Sequence record: NC_073053.1
DNA length: 41,800 bases
DNA from: Escherichia phage vB_EcoD_Teewinot
Reading direction: 5' to 3' (one strand)
Made by a program: the position numbers and the translations under genes. The notes beneath the pieces were generated by a model. It searched no databases, had not been told where the DNA came from, and was given only the letters and a program-made list of their open reading frames with translations. Below, one piece after another: positions 35,013-41,800 of this stretch (its first letter is position 1; each line of letters starts with the position of its first letter).

Positions 35013-35043
35013 CATTGGTCATTAACCAACAGGAGACTGAATT

Positions 35044-35373
35044 ATGAATATCAAAGAAGCAATTGAAGTGTTATCTAATGCAATCCGCGGCGAAGCGGGT
35101 AAATCCTGGTATTACACAAATGCGGTGGATACTCTGTTATTTGAAGTGTCCAGATTATCGCGTGCTGAGAAGGAGCTTACCGCGAAGCTGGAATTGCTCA
35201 ACGGCACGGCAGCAAGCAAGCTGCAAAAGCACAATGAAGAAATGGAAGAATACAAAAAACAGGTTATCCGTTTGCGCGCCGAGGGCAAATCCTGGGCGAT
35301 GATTGCCGAGTTGACCGGAATTAATCAGAGCACAGTGCGCTCCTGGGTACGCAATAATAAAACTTCTAAGTAA
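35044..35373 (+). CDS. HTH DNA-binding regulator
   Basis: 109 aa; C-terminal GKSWAMIAELTGINQSTVRSWV is a typical helix-turn-helix; first gene of the rightward operon. Confidence 0.65.
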   Translation: MNIKEAIEVLSNAIRGEAGKSWYYTNAVDTLLFEVSRLSRAEKELTAKLELLNGTAASKLQKHNEEMEEYKKQVIRLRAEGKSWAMIAELTGINQSTVRSWVRNNKTSK

Positions 35374-35383
35374 GGCCACGGCA

Positions 35384-37648
35384 ATGAACTTAATTAAATT
35401 CGCTGTAACACGACCCGCTAAAAAAGGCGAAAAAGCCAGGGCGGAAAACTTCCAGATGACCACCGATGAGTTTTTCGAATTTATTAATGATGCGAAAGAA
35501 ATATCCTCGGTGCATATCAACAAGACGGAAGATAAAGCGGAGTATGCGCGCCGCAAGCGTAAGGCTGATGGTATTGTGGCTTATACCCGTGACGGCTTAC
35601 GCCGCAAGACCAGTGCCGTGGACCGCTCGATCCTGTTCTTCGATATCGACCGTACCGACACCCGCACCCTGCGCCGCTGCCGTAAGGCTTTCATCGACGC
35701 GGGGCTGGAGCACGTATTTCACACCACAACCGGCGACCGCCACCCGCTGAAAGGCGGCACGCGTTGCGCTCGATTCCTGGTACTCACGGACAAGCCTGTA
35801 CCGGCTGAAGACCTGGGCCGTGTCCAGTATGCGCTATTACACCAACTGGGTCTGTCAGATGTGGACTTCGACGATTGCACGAAAGACACAAACCGCCTGA
35901 TGTACCTGCCACACCAGCAGTCTGTCGTTAAGTGCCACTACGGCAAGCGCGCCCGCGTCCGTCGTCTGCTCCGCCTGGCTGACAAGCTGGGAGTCGAGAA
36001 AGAGGAAGTACGCCGCGAACTGACCCAGGGCGATGATGGTGTGGCGGACGGTATTCTGGATTGGTGCTTCCAGGCGGGATTCGAACCGCTGTCGTCTGGT
36101 CGTGGTTATGAAGTGCCATGCCCGAACGAACACCTGCACAGCGGCGAAGGGTCCACCGCTATCTTGGTTAAGGATGGCGAGATCCGTTTCAAGTGTATGC
36201 ACACCGGCAACGAGTGTTGCTCGGAGCTGAACAGACACCAGCACCTGGCGCTACGTCTTATCGGGATCCCGGACCACCTGAACGTCGAGCCACACAACAT
36301 GTCCCGTAAGCAAATCGCCGCCATCCTCCCCGGACTGGACGACGAGGAAGTGGAATCGTGCTATGAACATATCGTTGATGCGGTCGGAGACGGCGACGAG
36401 TACGGCGTGTGTACTGATGCAGACCTGGACAACGAGCCGGTCGCACTGTTCAGTAAGCACGACCCGATCATCGAAGGCCTGGTCAACTTCAAATCGACCT
36501 GGTATCTCGCCGGTGAGTCGAACATCGGTAAATCGTTCTACGTGCTGGGGCAAATGGGTGCGGTTGCCGCGGGGATTCCGTTCGGCGGTGCGAAGGTCGT
36601 CCAGTCCCATTGCTTCTATTTCGACGCGGAAGGTGGCGAAGCCTCCAACCAGCGTAAGGAAGCATTGCAGATCAAATACGAGCACGACCTCGACAAGCTG
36701 CACATTATCGATCTGCAATCACGCGGCTGGGATATCACCAGCAAATCCGGCTTGCGTGAAGTTATCAGCTTCATCAACCGCACCGCTAACGGCGAACCGG
36801 TTGGCCTGGTGGCGTTCGACTCACTCAACCAGACGGTTGCGCTGCGGTCCGCCGATGCTAAACCGTTCGACGAGAACAACGCCAGCGATATGGGTGAAGT
36901 GGTCAAAGCGCTGAAGGCCATCGCGGAAAATACAGGCGGCAGTGCTGGCGTCATCCACCACCCGGCGAAGGGTGCAAACGGCAGCAGATCCCCCCGCGGG
37001 TCCGGCGCGCTGCATGGTGCTGTAGATTCCGCGTTCTTCCTGGAGCAACCGGACGACAATCAGCCCGGACAACTTAACCTGTATCACGAGAAGGCACGTA
37101 ACGGCATCAAGCAAGCGCCGCGCGGCTTCGTCCTGCTCAAGTGCAAGGTTAAGGTGGATCTCCGCAAGTCCGAGGCGTTCGAGGCGCACCAGTCCACCAG
37201 CACCGGGCCAGACTTCGGCGACGTGGTTGCCGGATGGGACGTCAAGCCGATTGCCTCCACGCCACGCGACGAGACTCTCTACCTCGTACCGGTCGCCCTG
37301 GCACCGTTCGCTATAGAACAGGCGAAGGCGGCTGGCAAGGCCGCGGTTAAGGACGAGAATGCCGCAGGACCGCGCAACGAAAAAGAGAAAGTGCTTTATG
37401 CGGCACTGGAAAAACTGATGGAAGATAACCCGGACCATACCGGATTCAGCAAATCGGCAATTGTCCGCCAGGCGGGATTGGCAAAAGGTGGAACATCTAC
37501 GAAGGCAATAGACGATATGGTTGAGCGCGGAGTGTTAGGTTTTTATACCGATCCGCACACCGGGGCCATCTATGGGTCGTCGAATATAGTCATCAAAACG
37601 AATATACCCATCACGCTTTCTGCGACCGATGACGACCTGAAAGATTAA
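35384..37648 (+). CDS. primase-helicase (AEP-type primase domain plus P-loop ATPase)
   Basis: 754 aa; N-terminal SILFFDIDRTD (hhhDhD primase-polymerase motif) and DDCTKDTNRLMYLP, a Cys/His zinc-binding segment, then Walker A GESNIGKS. Confidence 0.7.
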   Translation: MNLIKFAVTRPAKKGEKARAENFQMTTDEFFEFINDAKEISSVHINKTEDKAEYARRKRKADGIVAYTRDGLRRKTSAVDRSILFFDIDRTDTRTLRRCRKAFIDAGLEHVFHTTTGDRHPLKGGTRCARFLVLTDKPVPAEDLGRVQYALLHQLGLSDVDFDDCTKDTNRLMYLPHQQSVVKCHYGKRARVRRLLRLADKLGVEKEEVRRELTQGDDGVADGILDWCFQAGFEPLSSGRGYEVPCPNEHLHSGEGSTAILVKDGEIRFKCMHTGNECCSELNRHQHLALRLIGIPDHLNVEPHNMSRKQIAAILPGLDDEEVESCYEHIVDAVGDGDEYGVCTDADLDNEPVALFSKHDPIIEGLVNFKSTWYLAGESNIGKSFYVLGQMGAVAAGIPFGGAKVVQSHCFYFDAEGGEASNQRKEALQIKYEHDLDKLHIIDLQSRGWDITSKSGLREVISFINRTANGEPVGLVAFDSLNQTVALRSADAKPFDENNASDMGEVVKALKAIAENTGGSAGVIHHPAKGANGSRSPRGSGALHGAVDSAFFLEQPDDNQPGQLNLYHEKARNGIKQAPRGFVLLKCKVKVDLRKSEAFEAHQSTSTGPDFGDVVAGWDVKPIASTPRDETLYLVPVALAPFAIEQAKAAGKAAVKDENAAGPRNEKEKVLYAALEKLMEDNPDHTGFSKSAIVRQAGLAKGGTSTKAIDDMVERGVLGFYTDPHTGAIYGSSNIVIKTNIPITLSATDDDLKD

Positions 37649-37960
37649 ATTTTGCGCGCATTGGGAATTCCCATATCGCTAAAGATTAAATTTTGCGCGC
37701 ATTGGTTGCCATTTTGGGAATTCCCATATCGCTAAAGATTAAATTTTGCGCGCATTGGTTGCCGATATGGGAATTCCCATATCGCTAAAGATTAAATTTT
37801 GCGCGCATTGGTTGCCATTTTGGGAATTCCCATATCGCTAAAGATTAAATTTTGCGCGTATTGGTTGCCATTTTGGGAATTCCCATATCGCTAAAGATTA
37901 AATTTTGCGCGTATTGGTTGCCATTTTGGGTGTTTTTAACTGGTCGTATTGGTTGCCGTG
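37640..37960. repeat. iteron array, about six tandem 53-bp repeats (candidate origin of replication)
   Basis: Unit AAAGATTAAATTTTGCGCGCATTGGTTGCCATTTTGGGAATTCCCATATCGCT at 37681, 37734, 37787, 37840, a 41-bp first copy at 37640 (12-bp deletion) and a degenerate sixth; each has the palindrome TGGGAATTCCCA, extended to GATATGGGAATTCCCATATC in the third copy. Starts in the last codons of the primase-helicase gene. Confidence 0.75.
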
Positions 37961-37995
37961 TAGGGTGATTATTATGAATAGTTATGCAATAAAAC

Positions 37996-38169
37996 TGCAT
38001 AAAGTAAGCGGGACAAAAAGCGGGACAAACAAGGGGCGGGACAAAGCGGGACAGCACCCCCGTCCCGCCCCGGATGGCGCGGCTTTCAGAGGAGCGGGAC
38101 AGCGGGACAGCACCCCAGTCTTTCAGACTAGACGGGGGTCAGTGGCCCCCCTCGTCTGAGACTGAATAA
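37996..38169. repeat. 174-bp GCGGGACA-array element, copy B
   Basis: Same length as copy A (11140-11313); identical over the first 60-odd bp and the last 70-odd bp except one A/G difference, with a diverged roughly 40-bp centre. Confidence 0.8.
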
Positions 38170-38307
38170 AATCCCAATACACGGCAGCATAGTGAAAATT
38201 GCGTCGAGGGTAGAACTCGGCAACCAATGCGGGTTGGATAATGGAGAGTGGGAAATGCAGCCACCGCGGATAGCGATCAACTTTTTCATGCGCATGATTA
38301 ATATTGG

Positions 38308-38336
38308 TTGCATTCGTGCCAGCACCCTGCTATATT
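38308..38336 (+). promoter_or_regulatory. sigma70-like promoter built from two ATTGGTTGCA copies
   Basis: TTGCAT (38308-38313, from motif copy 1), 17-bp spacer, TATATT (38331-38336), then motif copy 2 (38334-38343), GAGGA RBS and ATG 38367. Confidence 0.45.
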
Positions 38337-38366
38337 GGTTGCACACCAACAAGAGGACTGCACAAA

Positions 38367-38708
38367 ATGAAATTTCCAGTAACTATCACCGGCAACGACC
38401 ACGGCACTTACGAGAGTACCAAAATGAAAGCATTAATCTGGAATTACACAATGGCGATGGCAAAGCTGAACGAAGCGAAAGCGCTGAACGGCAACATCGA
38501 CCGCGCGGCACATATCGTAATACTGGCACAGCAGGCAATCATGTGCGCGCTCGACGGCATGGATGAACTGGCGAAGGCAATTCACGAATACGCGCAGGCA
38601 TTCTCCCGTGAGCGCCTGGCATATCGCTTCGGGATCGGCGAGACGGCAGTGACAAACGTCGCCCGGATTAAAGCCCAGCGCGAACTATTCGCCCAGCTTG
38701 CGAAATAA
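38367..38708 (+). CDS. hypothetical protein
   Basis: 113 aa from ATG 38367 (GAGGA RBS); the track start at 38304 lies inside the promoter. Confidence 0.55.
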   Translation: MKFPVTITGNDHGTYESTKMKALIWNYTMAMAKLNEAKALNGNIDRAAHIVILAQQAIMCALDGMDELAKAIHEYAQAFSRERLAYRFGIGETAVTNVARIKAQRELFAQLAK

Positions 38709-38717
38709 GGGGTCAAA

Positions 38718-38987
38718 ATGGGCCGTAGGCGAGCAAAACAGCTTTCGTGGCATATTCCCCTGCATTGCATACGAATATGGGCTCAGAATGCGACTGAGGG
38801 CGATTCTGTGTCCTGGAGCTATCGCGATGATGTGAAGCCGCTGACGCAGACTCGCTACTTGCACCAGTTCGCAGCGCAACACGATTTCAGGGTGCGGACT
38901 TCCTTGCGACCAATGGGAATACGTATTACATTACGCAAGAAGCCCGCCATTGAGCGGGTGGGCAAACACTGGAGACTGAGCAAATGA
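38718..38987 (+). CDS. hypothetical protein
   Basis: 89 aa, basic, AAGGGG RBS. Confidence 0.5.
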   Translation: MGRRRAKQLSWHIPLHCIRIWAQNATEGDSVSWSYRDDVKPLTQTRYLHQFAAQHDFRVRTSLRPMGIRITLRKKPAIERVGKHWRLSK

Positions 38988-39076
38988 CACCAATGCAAAG
39001 AGCGCTAATGGCGGGATTCTCGCAGAAGTTTATTTCGGTAGGCGACTATAAGACTGTTGAGGAGACTGAGCAATGA
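38984..39076 (+). CDS. small hypothetical protein (absent from the ORF track)
   Basis: 30 aa (MTPMQRALMAGFSQKFISVGDYKTVEETEQ); start overlaps the previous stop and its stop overlaps the next start, both in GGAGACTGAGCAA(A)TGA contexts. Confidence 0.3.
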   Translation: MTPMQRALMAGFSQKFISVGDYKTVEETEQ

Positions 39077-39318
39077 GATTACTATTCCGCCGCATACTGA
39101 CCTGGATTCCTAAGTCCGCTTGCACCACGCGGCAAGCGATCGGGTATTCCGCGCATCGAAGGGCACATTGCCGCAGTTCTTCGAAGTCCTCACACACGAT
39201 ATTGAGCGCGGCGATGTGTTGCGTGATATTCGCGACGGGCAGCTATGGATCGTGGAGCACCCCACCAGGTTGCGCATGTGGTGGCTATGGTATCGGCAAG
39301 TGGTCCATTTTCGATTAA
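39073..39318 (+). CDS. hypothetical protein (frame uncertain)
   Basis: 81 aa ORF with coupled ATG and GGAGA RBS. Composition is odd (Cys/Ser/Arg-rich); the overlapping frame at 39120-39332 reads more protein-like but has no ATG/GTG start and no RBS. Confidence 0.3.
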   Translation: MRLLFRRILTWIPKSACTTRQAIGYSAHRRAHCRSSSKSSHTILSAAMCCVIFATGSYGSWSTPPGCACGGYGIGKWSIFD

Positions 39319-39336
39319 ATACGCAAGCGTGATATA

Positions 39337-39371
39337 GTCCCAGTGAGCTAAAACTTACTGGGACTTTTTTA
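39337..39371 (+). terminator. terminator abutting the holin start codon
   Basis: AGTCCCAGT-12 nt loop-ACTGGGACT followed by TTTTTT, then ATG 39371 immediately. Confidence 0.55.
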
Positions 39372-39661
39372 TGGATAAGCTAAACGAGTGGTTATTCGCC
39401 CTTGCGTGTCTTGCTGGTGGCTTCGTGGGCGCACGCATTCACGGCGAGGCAACGAAAGGGCCGTTGAACTTCGTTTTATATGTCGTAGTTGGCTTCCTGT
39501 GCGCCATATTTGGTGCGCCAGCCATTGCCGAGTGGTCTGGTTTGTCTGGCGAGCGCACTGTCGCCGGTTTGGGCTTCGTAACTGCAATCTTCTGGATGCC
39601 AATAGCCGCCCGGATCAGGGAGACTATTGAGTCGTTCCGACTTCCGGGGGGCGCAAAATGA
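39371..39661 (+). CDS. holin (putative, three TM helices)
   Basis: 96 aa with three hydrophobic helices (WLFALACLAGGFVGA; LNFVLYVVVGFLCAIFGAPAI; VAGLGFVTAIFWMPIAA) and a charged C-terminus; two genes upstream of the endolysin. Confidence 0.55.
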   Translation: MDKLNEWLFALACLAGGFVGARIHGEATKGPLNFVLYVVVGFLCAIFGAPAIAEWSGLSGERTVAGLGFVTAIFWMPIAARIRETIESFRLPGGAK

Positions 39662-39903
39662 TTATCTCCGTCCTGTTGTTTGTTATCATAGGGGCTTCGT
39701 CCCTGTTTAACGTGTATGCGCCGTCCGTCCAGGATGGCATTTTAGGCCGGGTGTTATATCTGCTAACGGCGATGATCTGCGTTATCGGATTGTTGCAAAC
39801 AGGAGACGTATCTGACACCACCTGGACCGCGTTAATCTGGTTGTTTGCATTGCGCACGCTGCGTAATGCTGTTTTGAATGGGGTAAAACATGCGATTCAG
39901 TGA
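39658..39903 (+). CDS. second holin-like membrane protein (holin/antiholin partner?)
   Basis: 81 aa with two to three TM helices, GGGGGG RBS, overlapping start/stop codons with its neighbours. Confidence 0.5.
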   Translation: MIISVLLFVIIGASSLFNVYAPSVQDGILGRVLYLLTAMICVIGLLQTGDVSDTTWTALIWLFALRTLRNAVLNGVKHAIQ

Positions 39904-40381
39904 CAACGGTCTACGATTTACGGCAGCATGGGAGACTTTCAGCCCAGTGCCGTATTTCGCGACTAAGAAAGAGCAGGCCCGCGGCCTGTACACCTGGGGT
40001 TATGGTCATACCGGCACTAACCCGCCTCGAAGCATTACCCGCGCGGAAGCGCTGGAGCTACTCAAGCGCGATGTGGCGTATGCTGAGGACCGGGTGAACA
40101 AATACGCACATCCGAGCATTAACCAGGCGCAATTCGACGCGCTGGTGGACCTGGTGATCAATGCTGGTCCCGGTCCGATCGTACCGGACGACGTAGCCGG
40201 TGACTTCGATGATGCGGTGCGACTGGGTGACTGGGCGAAGGTCCGTGCTACTCTGCCGCAGTTCCGCAAGCAAGGTGGGGAGGTGCTTAAGGGTCTGGTC
40301 CGTCGAGCAATCGGCAGGCAAGCGCTATTCGATGGAAAGCAGTGGGACGTTGCCGAGAAAATCGGTCGTAACGCAGCATAA
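39890..40381 (+). CDS. endolysin, GH24 lysozyme type
   Basis: 163 aa; recalled P22-type lysozyme landmarks match: SDNGL near the N-terminus, catalytic E (WETF), YTWGYGHTG, INQAQFDALVDLVINAG, C-terminal RRAIGRQALF. Confidence 0.8.
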   Translation: MRFSDNGLRFTAAWETFSPVPYFATKKEQARGLYTWGYGHTGTNPPRSITRAEALELLKRDVAYAEDRVNKYAHPSINQAQFDALVDLVINAGPGPIVPDDVAGDFDDAVRLGDWAKVRATLPQFRKQGGEVLKGLVRRAIGRQALFDGKQWDVAEKIGRNAA

Positions 40382-40397
40382 TACGAGGTAACACAGT

Positions 40398-40565
40398 ATG
40401 CTAAAAAGTATTCTTGATCATAACGCCGACGCGCTCGCCGCGCTGGCTAAAACCGAAGACCCAGGCGCACGCGCCATTATCGCGGACACAATCAGTCATG
40501 CGGGTGTCTTTGATGCGAAGCTGCCGAGTCCGCCACCGCAGGAGGAATCTGGTCCTGCAGCGTAA
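40398..40565 (+). CDS. small hypothetical protein in the lysis cassette (absent from the ORF track)
   Basis: 55 aa (MLKSILDHNADALAALAKTEDPGARAIIADTISHAGVFDAKLPSPPPQEESGPAA) with GAGGTAA RBS, followed by a clean terminator. Confidence 0.45.
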   Translation: MLKSILDHNADALAALAKTEDPGARAIIADTISHAGVFDAKLPSPPPQEESGPAA

Positions 40566-40572
40566 ACAATCA

Positions 40573-40597
40573 AGCCCGGAATTATCCGGGCTTTTTA
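40573..40597 (+). terminator. rho-independent terminator
   Basis: AGCCCGGA-atta-TCCGGGCT followed by TTTTT. Confidence 0.65.
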
Positions 40598-40657
40598 TTG
40601 CTTGACTCGGGACCGTGGTATATTGTCCTCTGACCAATAACCAGGAAGTTAATTAAT

Positions 40658-41800
40658 ATGCACCCGCAAACTAAAATCACCGACGAGCAATTGATCGCCG
40701 AGTTGCAATCCGGCACTACCTCGAAAGATATTGCGAAGAAATACGGCCTTTCCCTCCGAAATGTCTACATGCGAAAAGCCCGCCTGTCGAAGAAAGGGAT
40801 TGGACACGGCAATGATGCCGTAATCCGTAAGCGCGTTGCCGATGGATTTGGCGTTAAGCGTGTATCCGCCCTGGTGCGCGGCAATGGCGAAGAGGTCATG
40901 TCGTGGGTTATCACTGAGCAGGACAAGGAGCGCCAGCTTGAGGCGATGCGCGCAGTGCTGGATGGCATGAACAGCGAAATCACACCGGCAGCACCAGTTA
41001 GCGCCCCGCCAGTACCGATCCAGGCGCTCGACTTGCTCAACCTGTACACCGTGTCAGACTTCCACCTGGGCATGTTGGCATGGGGCGAGGAGACTGGCGA
41101 AGACTGGGATATGGCGATCGCCGAAGACCTGTTCTACCGCTGGTTTGTCGAAGCCTTCGCACGCGCCCCGGACGCAGGCACTGCCGTAATTAATATCCTC
41201 GGTGATATGGCCCACTTTGATAGCCTCGATGCTGTCACTCCGGCAAGTGGTCACATACTGGACGCCGACACCCGCTACCAGAAACTGGTCCGATACATGA
41301 TTCGCATGGTGCGCAACGTCGTCGAACTGGCGCTGCAAAAACACCACAAAGTCAAACTGCTAATCGTCCAGGGAAATCATGACGAGTCGGGTATGATTTG
41401 GCTGGCTGAGATGTTCAATACTCTGTACGAGAACGAGCCGCGCGTCGATGTGGATACGTCCCCGGACGTCTACAAAATGGTGCAGCACGGTAAGACCACG
41501 CTATTCTTCCACCACGGGCACAAAGCGCGATTCGATGCTATCGAGCAGGTTATGATTTCTAAATTCAGACAGGCTTTCGGATCCAGTGAGTACAGCTACG
41601 CGCACGTAGGCCACTTGCACCACCAGAAGATTGTAGAATCCCGCAACATGATTGTTGAACAGCACCGGACGCTCGCAGCGAAAGACGCCTACGCCAGTCG
41701 TGGCGGTTGGATGTCCGGTCGCAGCGCAAACGTCATTACCTACAGCGCCAACTACGGCGAAGTAGCGCGCTTAACCATTAGCCCGGAAATGTTGAAGTAA
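40658..41800 (+). CDS. SbcD/Mre11-like metallophosphoesterase nuclease with N-terminal HTH
   Basis: 380 aa; N-terminal HTH-like TTSKDIAKKYGLSLRNVYMRKARL; phosphoesterase motifs VSDFHLG, ILGDMAHFD, VQGNHDE, HHGH, GHLHH. Complete ORF ending at the window edge. Confidence 0.6.
   Translation: MHPQTKITDEQLIAELQSGTTSKDIAKKYGLSLRNVYMRKARLSKKGIGHGNDAVIRKRVADGFGVKRVSALVRGNGEEVMSWVITEQDKERQLEAMRAVLDGMNSEITPAAPVSAPPVPIQALDLLNLYTVSDFHLGMLAWGEETGEDWDMAIAEDLFYRWFVEAFARAPDAGTAVINILGDMAHFDSLDAVTPASGHILDADTRYQKLVRYMIRMVRNVVELALQKHHKVKLLIVQGNHDESGMIWLAEMFNTLYENEPRVDVDTSPDVYKMVQHGKTTLFFHHGHKARFDAIEQVMISKFRQAFGSSEYSYAHVGHLHHQKIVESRNMIVEQHRTLAAKDAYASRGGWMSGRSANVITYSANYGEVARLTISPEMLK

Noticed and set aside
37640-37960. 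Possible CRISPR array
   Set aside because: The 53-bp units are directly contiguous with no unique spacers between them, so this is an iteron-type tandem repeat.
37905-38159. Track ORF of 84 aa across the last iteron and repeat copy B
   Set aside because: Starts inside the iteron array, has no RBS and low-complexity composition; the shared C-terminus with the 10992 ORF reflects the DNA repeat, not a protein family.
39120-39332. Alternative frame (70 aa) overlapping the 39073-39318 ORF
   Set aside because: It has no ATG/GTG start and no RBS, whereas the other frame has a coupled ATG with RBS. The more protein-like composition of this frame leaves the call uncertain, so the retained CDS carries low confidence.

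Overview
This window reads as about 42 kb of a tailed dsDNA phage genome, siphovirus-type with a lambda-like tail tip. All calls are from reading the sequence and the ORF track by eye; no homology search was run. Plus-strand late block (1-22.3 kb): small and large terminase, portal, head morphogenesis protein, an embedded i-/o-spanin pair, scaffold, major capsid, connector proteins, major tail protein, tail chaperone G with a -1 frameshift GT extension the ORF track misses, tape measure, M/L/K/I/J-like tip proteins and fibre-like proteins. Minus-strand early block (22.3-34.6 kb): acidic repeat protein, Cas4-like nuclease, SSB-like protein, family A DNA polymerase, HNH endonuclease, VRR-NUC, SNF2 helicase, Dam-type methyltransferase, HAD phosphatase and a nuclease-like protein. 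After a divergent promoter region come a plus-strand HTH regulator and primase-helicase, a 53-bp iteron array, a lysis cassette (two holin-like proteins, GH24-type endolysin) and an SbcD/Mre11-like nuclease. The most unusual non-coding signals are: (1) a 174-bp element built from tandem GCGGGACA units plus a long hairpin, present twice 26.8 kb apart, once between GT and the tape measure gene and once beside the iterons; (2) a recurrent ATTGGTTGCA motif at a number of intergenic sites, often forming the -35 of sigma70-like promoters and once as a perfect palindrome; (3) a duplicated promoter-RBS cassette, one copy of which drives transcription antisense to the spanin genes. The replication module resembles, from memory, Seurat/9g-like enterobacterial siphophages, but that is unverified.
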